Counted from the first letter of the stretch, positions 45,346 to 55,496 are shown. The stretch: 64,000 bases of DNA from Deltaproteobacteria bacterium YD0425bin51 (GCA_002753225.1 PDZS01000021.1:4857-68856), one strand, 5' to 3'. A program made the numbers and translations. The notes: generated from the letters alone by a model not told the origin.

Positions 45346-46243
45346 TTTTGATGGACTTGGTTGTGCGGTTCTTTTAAAACAAATAAATATGATTTCTGAA
45401 ATCAAGTTTGTACATCCTAAAGATGTTCAGGATGGAAAAATTGAGGTAAACTCAGATGACATACTTGCTAATTTACCTTATGTGAAAGGATGCGGATATT
45501 GGTTTGATAATCATTCCAGTGAAGAAGAAAGAAATGCTTATGGATTCTTTAAAGGAACAAGTGATCCAAAAGCTTTTAGTGTGTCTAGAGTTATTTATCA
45601 TTATTTTGGGGGTCAAAAAACCTATTCTGACTCTCATTTTGTTGACCTTATAGATGCAGTTGATAAAATTGGTCATGCAGAGTTAAACACAGAAGAAATA
45701 TTTAAGCCTAAAGGATGGGTGCTACTAGCTTTTATTATTGATCCTAGAACTGGTCTTGAGCGTTATAAAGGTTATAAAATTAATTTTCAGCAATTTATGA
45801 TAGATATAATAGATTACTGCAGAACAAAATCTATAGACGAAATCCTTGAAATGGATGATGTAAAAGAAAGAGTAGAGCGTTACTTAATACAGTCAGAAAA
45901 ATTTAAAGAAATGATTATTAAAAACACAAAAATTTATGATAAACTTATTGTAACAGATCTTAGAAATCAAAAAGAAATATATATAGGAAACAGGTTTATA
46001 ATTTACCATTTACATCCAGAGCAAAATATATCTATTCAAATAATGTGGGGACTAAATAGACAAAATATAGTTATTACTTGCGGTCATAGTGTATTAAACA
46101 AAACTTCGCAAGTTAACGTTGGCTCTTTAATGCTTAAATACGGAGGTGGAGGACACAAAAGAGTTGGAACTTGTCAAGTAGCTGTAGAAGAAGCTGATAA
46201 AGTTTTAAAAGAACTTATATATACAATTATTAATACGTTTTAA
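45323..46243 (+). CDS. DHH-superfamily phosphoesterase-like protein (DHHA1 GGGH motif)
   Basis: Start trimmed to ATG 45323 (AAGGAG 7 nt upstream). Carries MRLLTRADFDGLGCAVLL and a C-terminal KYGGGGHKRVG. Confidence 0.6.
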   Translation: MRLLTRADFDGLGCAVLLKQINMISEIKFVHPKDVQDGKIEVNSDDILANLPYVKGCGYWFDNHSSEEERNAYGFFKGTSDPKAFSVSRVIYHYFGGQKTYSDSHFVDLIDAVDKIGHAELNTEEIFKPKGWVLLAFIIDPRTGLERYKGYKINFQQFMIDIIDYCRTKSIDEILEMDDVKERVERYLIQSEKFKEMIIKNTKIYDKLIVTDLRNQKEIYIGNRFIIYHLHPEQNISIQIMWGLNRQNIVITCGHSVLNKTSQVNVGSLMLKYGGGGHKRVGTCQVAVEEADKVLKELIYTIINTF

Positions 46244-46255
46244 GGAGGAAATATA

Positions 46256-47767
46256 ATGAGTGATAAAAAATATGTTGGCGCAATTGATCAAGGAACTACA
46301 AGCACACGATTTGTAATTGCAGATGAAAAAGGGATAACAATTGCGGGCCACCAGATGGAGCATAAACAAATTTATCCAAAACCAGGATGGGTTGAACATG
46401 ATCCTATTGAAATAAAGGATAGAACACTTGATGTTGTTCAAATAGCAATAAAAAAAGGAAATATTGCAATTAAAGATCTTGCTGCTATTGGAATAACAAA
46501 CCAACGTGAAACAACAATTGTTTGGAACAAATATACAGGTATTCCTTATTATAACGCCATAGTATGGCAAGACACCAGAACTGATGATATATGCAAAATA
46601 TTAGCAAAAGATTGTAACATGGACTGTTATCGTGAAAAAGTTGGACTTCCTTTAGCTACATATTTTTCAGGTCCTAAAATAAAATGGATATTAGATAATA
46701 TTTCGGGAGTAAGAGAAGCAGCAAAAAAAGGAGATGCAATCTTTGGAAATATTGACACATGGCTAATATGGTGGTTAACTGGAGGACCTAAGGGAGGAGT
46801 TCATATCACTGATGTTACAAACGCAAGTAGAACAATGCTTATGAATATTAATACATTAAAGTGGGATAATGAAATGTTAGATGTTATGAACATTCCAGAA
46901 AAAATGCTTCCTGAGATTAAATCATCTAGTGAAATCTATGGATATACTCCTGAAGATGGAGTTTTTAAATACAAAATTCCTGTATCAGGGGATCTTGGAG
47001 ATCAGCAGGCAGCTCTTTTTGGGCAAACATGTTTTAGTATTGGAGAGGCAAAAAATACATATGGAACAGGCTGTTTTTTGCTTTTAAATATTGGTGAAAA
47101 AGTTGTTAATTCAAAATTTGGTCTACTCACCACAGTAGGATATAAAATAGGAAATGAACCAGCAGTTTATGCTTTAGAAGGTTCAATAGCACTAGCTGGA
47201 TCTCTCGTTCAATGGTTTAGAGATAACTTTGGCTTAATTGGAACATCTAAGGAAATTGAAACCATGGCAAACTCTGTTTCTGATAGCGGCGGAATTTATT
47301 TTGTTCCAGCTTTTTCAGGTCTTTTTGCTCCCCATTGGAGAAGCGATGCCAGAGGCTTAATTATTGGTCTTACCCACTACATTAACAAAAATCACATTGC
47401 CAGAGCAATTTTAGAGGCAACAGCTTTCCAAACAAGAGAAATATTTGAGGCAATGGCAAAAGATTCTGGTGTTAAAATGAAATCTCTTAAAGTTGACGGC
47501 GGTATGGTTGTAAATGATTTACTTATGCAATTTCAGGCAGATATTTTAAATATACCTGTAATAAGGCCAGCTATTACTGAAACTACTGTTTTAGGAGCAA
47601 TGTATGCTGCTGGTCTTGCTGTTGGCTTTTGGAAAGATAAAGAAGTATTAAAGAGCAATTGGCATTTTAATAAACATTGGCAGCCCACTATGGATAGAGA
47701 AAAACAAGATAAGCTGTACAAGGGCTGGCTTAAAGCAATTCAAAGATCATATGGCTGGATAGAATAA
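46256..47767 (+). CDS. glpK: Glycerol kinase
   Basis: 503 aa. Carries [24 protein letters not shown] and [10 protein letters not shown], the canonical FGGY kinase/GlpK pattern. Confidence 0.95.
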   Translation: MSDKKYVGAIDQGTTSTRFVIADEKGITIAGHQMEHKQIYPKPGWVEHDPIEIKDRTLDVVQIAIKKGNIAIKDLAAIGITNQRETTIVWNKYTGIPYYNAIVWQDTRTDDICKILAKDCNMDCYREKVGLPLATYFSGPKIKWILDNISGVREAAKKGDAIFGNIDTWLIWWLTGGPKGGVHITDVTNASRTMLMNINTLKWDNEMLDVMNIPEKMLPEIKSSSEIYGYTPEDGVFKYKIPVSGDLGDQQAALFGQTCFSIGEAKNTYGTGCFLLLNIGEKVVNSKFGLLTTVGYKIGNEPAVYALEGSIALAGSLVQWFRDNFGLIGTSKEIETMANSVSDSGGIYFVPAFSGLFAPHWRSDARGLIIGLTHYINKNHIARAILEATAFQTREIFEAMAKDSGVKMKSLKVDGGMVVNDLLMQFQADILNIPVIRPAITETTVLGAMYAAGLAVGFWKDKEVLKSNWHFNKHWQPTMDREKQDKLYKGWLKAIQRSYGWIE

Positions 47768-47773
47768 AAAACT

Positions 47774-49738
47774 ATGGCAAGAGAAATCAGAGTTTCACTT
47801 TTTCTTATAATGATAACTCTTGCTGTTTATTATAAAGTAGGAACATTTGATTTCATAAGTTTTGATGATCCTGAATATGTAACTCAAAATAATCGTATAA
47901 AAAGCAATCTATCATGGGAAAACATAAAATGGACATTTACTTCTAAAACTGGTGCAAATTGGCATCCTTTAACACTTATTTCTCATATGATAGATTGGCA
48001 GTTATATGGAAAGAATGCAGGAGGACATCACTTAACCAACCTTATTTTTCATATAGCAAATGCATTACTGCTCTTTTTTGCATTGAATAAGATGACAGGG
48101 AAAATATGGGAGGCTGCTTTTGTTGCTTTCTTATTTTCCCTTCATCCAACGCATGTTGAATCTGTTGCATGGATTTCTGAACGTAAAGATGTTTTGTCTA
48201 CTTTTTTCTTCATGCTAACTTTGCTATCATATATTAGATATATAAAAAAACCACTACTTTCATCATACTTTATAGTCCTGTTATTTTTTTCCTTAGGACT
48301 AATGGCAAAACCAATGTTAGTAACTCTACCATTTGTGCTTTTGCTTTTAGATTACTGGCCTCTTAATCGTTTTTCAAAAAAGGGGGCTACTTTAAATCTA
48401 ATCCTGGAAAAAATTCCTTTATTTATAGTTACAATAATAGTTAGCATAATAACTTTTATTGTTCAGCACACTATTGGCGCAACAGCCCTTTCTTCTGTAT
48501 ATTCAATAAAAATAAGGATAGCTAACGCTATAGTTGCTTATTCCATATATATTTTTAAGGCATTTTTTCCTTACTCCCTTTCTGTTTTTTATCCATATCC
48601 AGATCCTCCCATGAGGCAAACATTTCTATTAACCATATCGATTTTAATTATTATAACAATATCATATGCTGCAATTAGAACATCAAAAAAATTCCCATAT
48701 TTTATAACAGGATGGCTCTTTTATTTAGGAACTCTTGTTCCTGTTATAGGAATTATTCAGGTTGGTTCTCAAAGTATGGCTGACCGTTATACATATATTC
48801 CTTTTATAGGAATATTTATAATTGTTGCATGGGGATTATCACAATTTACATATAAAAAAATAATTTTTTCTATAATTATCATAGTTTTTTCCATTTTGAC
48901 TTGGAGGCAGGTAAGTTATTGGGAAAACAGTCAAACCTTATTTAAGCATTCAGTAGATGTGGATGAAAAAAATATCATGGCTTATAACAATCTTTCCGCA
49001 GCATTAATTAAAGATAAAAAAATTGATGAAGCTATAGAATATTTAAATAAGGCTATAAAAATAAAACCTAAAAATATAGATACAAATGTTAATTTATGCC
49101 TTGCTTTAGGAAAACAAAACAAAAGTTCTGAAGCTATTATATATTGTTACAGAGCAATGAAAATGAAAAATATTCCTAAAGAAACACATAATTCTATAGG
49201 AAATGCATTAGAACAATTAGGGCATGTAAATGAAGCCATTAAAGAATATTACAAAGCATTAAAATTAAACCCTGATTATGCTGGGGTTATAAATAATTTA
49301 GGTTCTATTTTTGCAAAACAGGGTGATATAAATAGAGCTATGACATATTTTAAAGATACAATAAAAATAGATCCTAATTTTGTTGAAGCATATAATAATA
49401 TTGGCAATATATTATGTCAGGAAAATAAAATTCCAGAGGCAATAATATATTATAATAAGGCATTAGAAATCGACAATGATTATGCTGATGCCCATTATAA
49501 TCTTGGAAATATATTTAGGGATAAAGGGGACTACAACAAAGCAATTATTCACTTCAAAGATGCAATAAGAATAAAGCCGGAACATAACGAAGCACATAAT
49601 AATTTAGGAATAATTTTGGCTCAACAAGGATATATTAAAGATGCTATTTATCATTTTAAAGAGGCAATCAAAATAAAACCTGAATTTAAAGATGCATATA
49701 ATAATTTAAATTTGGCAACAGGAATGCTAACCAAGTAA
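47774..49738 (+). CDS. TMTC-like membrane glycosyltransferase (GT39/DUF1736-type N-terminal polytopic domain) with C-terminal TPR repeats
   Basis: 654 aa. About 11 TM segments including HPTHVESVAWISERKDVL, followed by about 7 TPR units (AYNNLG..., A..YY.KAL.I.P). Confidence 0.75.
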   Translation: MAREIRVSLFLIMITLAVYYKVGTFDFISFDDPEYVTQNNRIKSNLSWENIKWTFTSKTGANWHPLTLISHMIDWQLYGKNAGGHHLTNLIFHIANALLLFFALNKMTGKIWEAAFVAFLFSLHPTHVESVAWISERKDVLSTFFFMLTLLSYIRYIKKPLLSSYFIVLLFFSLGLMAKPMLVTLPFVLLLLDYWPLNRFSKKGATLNLILEKIPLFIVTIIVSIITFIVQHTIGATALSSVYSIKIRIANAIVAYSIYIFKAFFPYSLSVFYPYPDPPMRQTFLLTISILIIITISYAAIRTSKKFPYFITGWLFYLGTLVPVIGIIQVGSQSMADRYTYIPFIGIFIIVAWGLSQFTYKKIIFSIIIIVFSILTWRQVSYWENSQTLFKHSVDVDEKNIMAYNNLSAALIKDKKIDEAIEYLNKAIKIKPKNIDTNVNLCLALGKQNKSSEAIIYCYRAMKMKNIPKETHNSIGNALEQLGHVNEAIKEYYKALKLNPDYAGVINNLGSIFAKQGDINRAMTYFKDTIKIDPNFVEAYNNIGNILCQENKIPEAIIYYNKALEIDNDYADAHYNLGNIFRDKGDYNKAIIHFKDAIRIKPEHNEAHNNLGIILAQQGYIKDAIYHFKEAIKIKPEFKDAYNNLNLATGMLTK

Positions 49739-49752
49739 ATTAAAGGATTTTC

Positions 49753-51141
49753 ATGAAAATTTATAACATTAATCCAGAATTACAAAAAAATATTTGGATG
49801 GAGATGAGTCTTCATCGTCTAATCATTATGCCAGCAATCATAGGCTCTATTTTCTTTTTATCTTATTTAATCAATGATAATTTTAAAGAGTTTATAAAAA
49901 ATATTGGAGATTTGAGTATTGTTATATTTATAATTTTAGTTCTATTTTGGGGTACTAAGCTTGCAAGTGAAGCTATAATTTCAGAAGTAAATGACAGAAC
50001 ATGGGATAGTCAGAAAATGACAACTATTGGCCCTTTTGCCATGTCTATGGGAAAACTTTTGGGTAGTACAATTCTATCTTGGTATGGAGGTCTTTTTTGC
50101 CTTATAGCTTATTTTATATCTTGTTTTTTTAAACCTAGCACTATTAATTACTTAAAGCTTATGGTCATTATGATTTTAATGGCTTTATTTTGCCATGCTA
50201 TGACAATATCCTTTTCGCTGGTTGGAATTCGTAAAACAAAAGGAGATAAGAAATTAAATAGCGGAATTTATTTTCTTTTAGGATTTATAATAGCAATAGG
50301 TTTTATAACCCCCTGGAGCAAAGAATTATTGGACTCTCCATTATCTATCCAATGGTATTATTTGAAAATTTCTTTAATAGATTTGGCTGTTTTTACCTCA
50401 ATAATTTTTTCATTCTGGGCTTTATTTGGTCTATACAGAAATATGCGAGCTGAATTACAAATTGAAAATGGTCCTATAACTTGGTTGTTATTTCTTCTAA
50501 CTTTAATATTTTATTTTTCAGGTTACATAGCAAATATAAATAAAAATATAAGTTATATAGATAGATTTTTATATGGCTTTTATATAAGTTTTTCAATTAC
50601 CTGGATAAGCACTTATGTAATGGCTTTTGGAGAATCTAAAAATAGCGTTATAATTCGTTTTCTTATTGATAAAATTAAAAAACGTGAATGGAAGCCATTT
50701 TTTTACTATATACCCTTATGGGCTGTTAGTTTATTTTTATCTATTTTTATCTATTTTCTTATATTTACATTCTCTTTTAGAATAAATTCTGAAGATATCT
50801 CTGTAATAAATAAAACCTTTTCCAATAGTTCATTATATTTATTTAACCTTCTATGTTTTCAATTAAGGGATATAGGAATTATTATATTTTTAAACTTAAA
50901 ATCTGGTAAAGAAGAGAAAGGAGATATAGCAGCTTTCATATATCTTTTAATTCTTTATGCTCTTATTCCATCTTTAATTTCCGGAGCTGATTTTAAAAAA
51001 ATATTGCCTGTATTTTTACCATTATTTGAAAAAAACATTTTTTATGGAACTCTCCCTATTTTACTTCAAGTTTTTATTATTTTTTTAATGTGTTATATAA
51101 GATGGATAAATTTATCAAAAATTCCTAATAATAAAAATTGA
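49753..51141 (+). CDS. Polytopic membrane protein, ABC-2-permease-like N-terminus, function unknown
   Basis: 462 aa with 10 or more hydrophobic segments. SEVNDRTWDSQKMT resembles the E..gT.e motif of ABC-2 permeases. No ATPase gene is adjacent. Confidence 0.5.
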   Translation: MKIYNINPELQKNIWMEMSLHRLIIMPAIIGSIFFLSYLINDNFKEFIKNIGDLSIVIFIILVLFWGTKLASEAIISEVNDRTWDSQKMTTIGPFAMSMGKLLGSTILSWYGGLFCLIAYFISCFFKPSTINYLKLMVIMILMALFCHAMTISFSLVGIRKTKGDKKLNSGIYFLLGFIIAIGFITPWSKELLDSPLSIQWYYLKISLIDLAVFTSIIFSFWALFGLYRNMRAELQIENGPITWLLFLLTLIFYFSGYIANINKNISYIDRFLYGFYISFSITWISTYVMAFGESKNSVIIRFLIDKIKKREWKPFFYYIPLWAVSLFLSIFIYFLIFTFSFRINSEDISVINKTFSNSSLYLFNLLCFQLRDIGIIIFLNLKSGKEEKGDIAAFIYLLILYALIPSLISGADFKKILPVFLPLFEKNIFYGTLPILLQVFIIFLMCYIRWINLSKIPNNKN

Positions 51142-51174
51142 CTTTATGATAATTATTGAGATAGATATATATTT

Positions 51175-51196
51175 AAGCCGCTGGGGCTTTTTTTAC
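51175..51196 (+). terminator. Weak terminator-like hairpin plus T-run
   Basis: AAGCC-gctgg-GGCTT followed by TTTTT. The stem is only 5 bp. Confidence 0.3.
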
Positions 51197-51232
51197 TTCC
51201 TTAAATAAATTTAATTTTAAGAGGAGGAGGCC

Positions 51233-51463
51233 ATGAGTATTTATAAGATTATCGAAGTAGTAGGGTCAAGCCCAAATCATTGGGCAGAAGCAGCAAAAAT
51301 TGCTGTTGAAGAGGCATCTAAAAGAATAAGAGATTTAAGGGTTGCTGAAATCACCAAGCTTGATATGAAGATTAAAGATGGTCAGGTTGTAGCTTACAGG
51401 GCAAGATTGAAATTATCATTTAAACTTGAAGGCAAAGATGAGGATGATGATCAGGACGATTAG
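51233..51463 (+). CDS. Dodecin-family flavin-binding protein with acidic C-terminal tail
   Basis: 76 aa. Carries YKIIEVVGSSPNHWAEAAKIAVEEASK..R......V...D. Strong RBS GAGGAGGAGG. Confidence 0.8.
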   Translation: MSIYKIIEVVGSSPNHWAEAAKIAVEEASKRIRDLRVAEITKLDMKIKDGQVVAYRARLKLSFKLEGKDEDDDQDD

Positions 51464-51490
51464 ATTAATAGATTTTAATTGTTAAAAAAT

Positions 51491-51517
51491 AAAGCAGGAT
51501 AATATTTATCCTGCTTT
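51491..51517 (+). terminator. Hairpin terminator after the dodecin gene
   Basis: AAAGCAGGATAA-tat-TTATCCTGCTTT, a perfect 12-nt inverted repeat followed by T-rich sequence. Confidence 0.6.
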
Positions 51518-51539
51518 ATATATTTCAGGAGAAGCATAT

Positions 51540-52745
51540 ATGGCTCAAATAAAATCAGCAAAAAAAATGAAAGAGATAATGACAACCTATTATATTGAAG
51601 CAAAAACAGCTGAACAGACTGGTAAAAAAGTTGCTTGGATTACTAGCGGAGGTCCTGTTGAGCCTCTAATTGTAATGGATATTATACCTGTTTATCCTGA
51701 AAATCATGGAGCCATGATTGGAGCATCCAAAATGGGTGCTGATTTATGCGAAAAAGCTGAATCAATGGGATATTCAAGGGATTTATGCTCTTATGCTACA
51801 TCTGATATTTCTTGTGCAACAGTAAATGGAGGACCAATTGGAGGATTACCTAAGCCTGACATGCTTATCTGCTGTAATAATATATGTGGAACAGTTCTAA
51901 AATGGTATGAAGTTCAGGCAAGATACTTTAATGTTCCTTTATTTATATTAGATACTCCGATTTGCCATACAGAATTTTCTAATGAAGCAAAAGAGTATGT
52001 AAAAAAACAGATTTATGAATATATTGAATTTTTAGAAAATGCATCTGGTAAAAAATTTGATTATGACAAAATGATAGAGGTTGGAAAACTTTCAATCAAA
52101 GGACAAAAACTTTGGCAGTCTGTACTTGATACTACAATGCATAGGCCTTCACCAATGAGCGCTTTTGATGCTTTTTTTCATTTGGCTTTAATTGTAACTT
52201 TGCGTGGAACACAGACAGTTGTAGATTACTATCAAATATTGCTTGATGAGATGCAAGACAGGATTAAAAATAACATAGCAGCAGTTCCAAATGAAAAAAT
52301 AAGGCTACTTTGGGATAATCTTCCAGTTTGGTTTGGCACACGCTGGCTATCTGATAAGTTTGCATCACATAATGCATGTTTAGTTGCAGATACCTACACT
52401 TCTGCATGGTGCAGTTCCATGAAATATATTGATGAAAATAATTTTTTGGAAACAATGGCAAATGCCTATACTCAAATATATCTTAATATTGGCATTGACA
52501 GGATGGCAGATGCTATAATTGATATGGTAAAAAAATATAATGCTGATGGAATTATAATGCATTCAAATAGAAGCTGTAAACCTTACTCATTAGGTCAATA
52601 TGATATTCAAAAAATTGTCCAGAGTAAAACTAATAAACCATCTCTTTTAATAGAAGCTGATATGGTTGACCAGAGAAAATTTTCTGAAAGCCAGACTGAA
52701 AGCCGTATTGATGCCTTTATGGAAATGCTAAAAGCAAATTATTAA
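51540..52745 (+). CDS. 2-hydroxyacyl-CoA dehydratase / benzoyl-CoA reductase family subunit (HgdB/BcrC/BadD-like)
   Basis: 401 aa. N-terminus KKVAWITSGGPVEPLIVMDIIPVYPENHGA and Cys-containing segments (RDLCSY, CCNNICGT) are typical of this family. Confidence 0.7.
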   Translation: MAQIKSAKKMKEIMTTYYIEAKTAEQTGKKVAWITSGGPVEPLIVMDIIPVYPENHGAMIGASKMGADLCEKAESMGYSRDLCSYATSDISCATVNGGPIGGLPKPDMLICCNNICGTVLKWYEVQARYFNVPLFILDTPICHTEFSNEAKEYVKKQIYEYIEFLENASGKKFDYDKMIEVGKLSIKGQKLWQSVLDTTMHRPSPMSAFDAFFHLALIVTLRGTQTVVDYYQILLDEMQDRIKNNIAAVPNEKIRLLWDNLPVWFGTRWLSDKFASHNACLVADTYTSAWCSSMKYIDENNFLETMANAYTQIYLNIGIDRMADAIIDMVKKYNADGIIMHSNRSCKPYSLGQYDIQKIVQSKTNKPSLLIEADMVDQRKFSESQTESRIDAFMEMLKANY

Positions 52746-52770
52746 TTATAAACAGATAAGGGGGAAAAAT

Positions 52771-53523
52771 ATGAAATTCAATATTATTAAAATAGTTTCT
52801 TTAAGTTTAATAATGATTTTTTTCTGTAACTATCCAGTAATTGCTCAAGAAAAAATAGTAACCCTTGCTACTCTTGATTGGGAACCTTATATTGGAGAAA
52901 AGCTTGAAAATAATGGTTTTATATCAGAAATAGTTCACGAAGCATTTAAAAGGAAAGGATATAAGGTAAAAAATGAATTTTTGCCATGGGCAAGAGTAAT
53001 TAAAATGGCTGAAGAAGGTAAAGTTGACGGTTATTATCCTGAATATTTTACAGAAGAATTAAAGAAAAATTATATTGTTTCAGAATCTTATCCATGTGGA
53101 CCATTAGGTTTTGCAAAGATTAAAGATAAAAATATATCATACAAAAATATGGAAGATTTAAAGCCTTATAAAATAGGTATTGTAAGGGGATATGTTAATA
53201 CAGCAGAATTTGATGCTGCTACCTATCTAAAAAAGGATGAAGCTGTTGATGATATTACAAATATAAAAAAGCTGTTAGCAGGACGTATTGATTTAATTGT
53301 TATTGATAAGTATGTCCTTTCTTATCAATTAAAAAAAGAACTGCCTGATAAATTAAATCAGATTGAATTTATAGAACCCCCTCTTGAAACAAAAGAACTT
53401 TTCACATGTATAGGTAAAAAAATACAAAATGGCGAGGAATTGATGAAAATGTTTAATGAAGGTTTAAATGAAATTAAAAAAGATGGTACATTAAAAAAGA
53501 TAATGCAAAAACATGGATTTTAA
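52771..53523 (+). CDS. Periplasmic solute-binding protein, family 3 (SBP_bac_3-like)
   Basis: 250 aa. Signal peptide, then TLATLDWEPY...LPWARV..., and C-terminal GTLKKIMQKHG. Confidence 0.7.
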   Translation: MKFNIIKIVSLSLIMIFFCNYPVIAQEKIVTLATLDWEPYIGEKLENNGFISEIVHEAFKRKGYKVKNEFLPWARVIKMAEEGKVDGYYPEYFTEELKKNYIVSESYPCGPLGFAKIKDKNISYKNMEDLKPYKIGIVRGYVNTAEFDAATYLKKDEAVDDITNIKKLLAGRIDLIVIDKYVLSYQLKKELPDKLNQIEFIEPPLETKELFTCIGKKIQNGEELMKMFNEGLNEIKKDGTLKKIMQKHGF

Positions 53524-53576
53524 AATTATCTTATCAATTTACTAAAGGAGATACTTGTAAGGAGATAAAAAATTAG

Positions 53577-54533
53577 ATGAATATTGAAGAAGATTTTTAT
53601 CAAAACTTGATCCATAGGGTTGGAAAAGATCATCTAATCAAAAGACTTATACGTCAAGTTAACTTTGCTGCAAAATTTTATGCTAAAGGAGGATATACTT
53701 CTTTTCATATAGAAAACATGGAGTTAATTTATATTTTTTTAAAGTACTTTCTTAAATTAATAGGGTTATATAAAAGAGGACTAAAAAATTCTGTTGACTA
53801 TAAAATTGAACAAATACCAGTTTACTTAAAAAATCTACCTCCCCAATTTAACAATTTCAAAATCCTTCAACTTTCTGATATGCATGCTAATATGATATAT
53901 GATGAAGGAAGGGGATTGATCAATACTCTTAAAAAGCTTAAAGCTGATCTTTGTATATTGACAGGTGATTACCGTTTTCTTACACATGGTTCATATAAAG
54001 AGGCTATAGAACAAACTAAAGAAATAGTTAAAGCTATTGATGCTACTCATGGTTTTTGGGGAATTCTTGGAAATCACGATTTTATAGAATTTGTGCCAGG
54101 TCTCGAGGATTCTGGAATAAAAATTCTCTTGAACGAATCTGTAAAAGTTCAAAAAGATGGAGCTGAATTTTATCTAGCTGGAATTGATGATGCACATCTC
54201 TATAGTTGTCATGATATATATAAGGCATTGTCAGGTGTGCCTTCAAAAGCTATAACTATTTTACTTTCTCATACGCCTGAAACATTTGTTGAAGCAAACG
54301 AAGCAGGTGTTGATTATCTTGTTTGTGGTCATACCCATGGCGGTCAAATATGTCTTCCAGGAGGAGTTCACATATTTGCTAATGCTAAATGCCCAAGAAA
54401 ATTATGTTCTGGTTTGTGGCGATATAAAAATTTGCTTGGTTATACATCTCGAGGAACTGGTTCTTCAAGCTTAAATGTCAGGTTTTTTTGTCCCCCTGAA
54501 ATAACCATCCACGAACTTAAATCCACAATTTAA
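53577..54533 (+). CDS. Calcineurin-like metallophosphoesterase (YaeI-like)
   Basis: Carries LQLSDMHAN, TGDY, GNHDF, SHTPE and GHTHGGQ. Confidence 0.85.
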   Translation: MNIEEDFYQNLIHRVGKDHLIKRLIRQVNFAAKFYAKGGYTSFHIENMELIYIFLKYFLKLIGLYKRGLKNSVDYKIEQIPVYLKNLPPQFNNFKILQLSDMHANMIYDEGRGLINTLKKLKADLCILTGDYRFLTHGSYKEAIEQTKEIVKAIDATHGFWGILGNHDFIEFVPGLEDSGIKILLNESVKVQKDGAEFYLAGIDDAHLYSCHDIYKALSGVPSKAITILLSHTPETFVEANEAGVDYLVCGHTHGGQICLPGGVHIFANAKCPRKLCSGLWRYKNLLGYTSRGTGSSSLNVRFFCPPEITIHELKSTI

Positions 54534-54572
54534 GCTTTTTTATCCTTTAATATCAATTTAAACTAAAAGTTA

Positions 54573-55421
54573 TCAAATCCTAGCTTCTAACCAATGTTCA
54601 AGATCAGATAATACAATAGCACGATTATGGGGAAGTTCATTATATATTTCGTGATACAGCTCATCATATACGTATAGGGTTTTATCCTTGCAGATAAGTC
54701 TTTCGAAAAATGCTTTTGATGATTTTGCATCAACTAGATAATCATCTCCTGCTACTTGCATTAGTATTGGAAGGGACAGTTCCTGCGCTAATTTATTTGT
54801 CATATCCATTGTTTTCATACATTCAGTAAACCAGCGGGTGCTTACCTGATCATGAACAAGCGGATCATTTTTATATGCTCTTTGTACGTTAACATCACGG
54901 CTTATCTTTGTATAGTCAATTTCATTACTTAGGGTTAAATCTGGCCATATATCAGATAGAGTATTTCCAACCATTTCTTTAATAACAGGAATTTTTACTG
55001 TTACACCAAGAACAGGTGAAGACACAATAACACCATTAAGAAGCTCAGGGAACTTAAGAGACATATAAAGTGCAATAAGGCCGCCTAGACTGTGACCTAA
55101 TAAAAATATTTTCCTATTATCAGGTTTGTTACTTTTTGCTATTTCATATAAACCTCTTAGATCTGATATATACTGAGGAAATGTATTAACATGTCCTCTT
55201 TTTCCTTCACTTTTACCATGACCCCGATGATCTATTGCCCAAATTGATATTCCTTTAGGAACAAGGTGTCTTACAACATTTTTATATCTACCAGAATGTT
55301 CTCCTAGACCATGTGCAATTAAAAGGATAGCTCTTTCTTCTTCTGCTGGATAATGTCTATAAAAGATATTAATGCCATCAATACTTTTGAAAGTAGATGT
55401 ATTTTCAGTAAATTCAGCCAT
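54573..55421 (-). CDS. Alpha/beta hydrolase, lysophospholipase/monoacylglycerol-lipase-like
   Basis: Start trimmed to ATG 55421. The track's GTG GAG GGC is better read as the RBS GGAGGG. Carries HGLGEHSGRY, GHSLGG and a C-terminal ..YHE.. Confidence 0.8.
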   Translation of the reverse strand: MAEFTENTSTFKSIDGINIFYRHYPAEEERAILLIAHGLGEHSGRYKNVVRHLVPKGISIWAIDHRGHGKSEGKRGHVNTFPQYISDLRGLYEIAKSNKPDNRKIFLLGHSLGGLIALYMSLKFPELLNGVIVSSPVLGVTVKIPVIKEMVGNTLSDIWPDLTLSNEIDYTKISRDVNVQRAYKNDPLVHDQVSTRWFTECMKTMDMTNKLAQELSLPILMQVAGDDYLVDAKSSKAFFERLICKDKTLYVYDELYHEIYNELPHNRAIVLSDLEHWLEARI

Positions 55422-55496
55422 TATTTTGCCCTCCACCTGATTTCATTTTTTTCTTAAACTACACAATCTATAACCCTAAATTAATAACAAATGTTA

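Noticed and set aside
46205-46570. 121-aa minus-strand ORF across the DHH/glpK junction
   Set aside because: It is antisense to the highly conserved N-terminus of glycerol kinase. Its Cys/Asn/Phe-rich translation matches no family.
52264-52562. Two overlapping minus-strand ORFs inside the HgdB-like gene, and a plus-strand alternative-frame ORF at 54286-54474 inside the metallophosphoesterase gene
   Set aside because: They are shadow or alternative-frame ORFs within genes that carry complete catalytic motifs.
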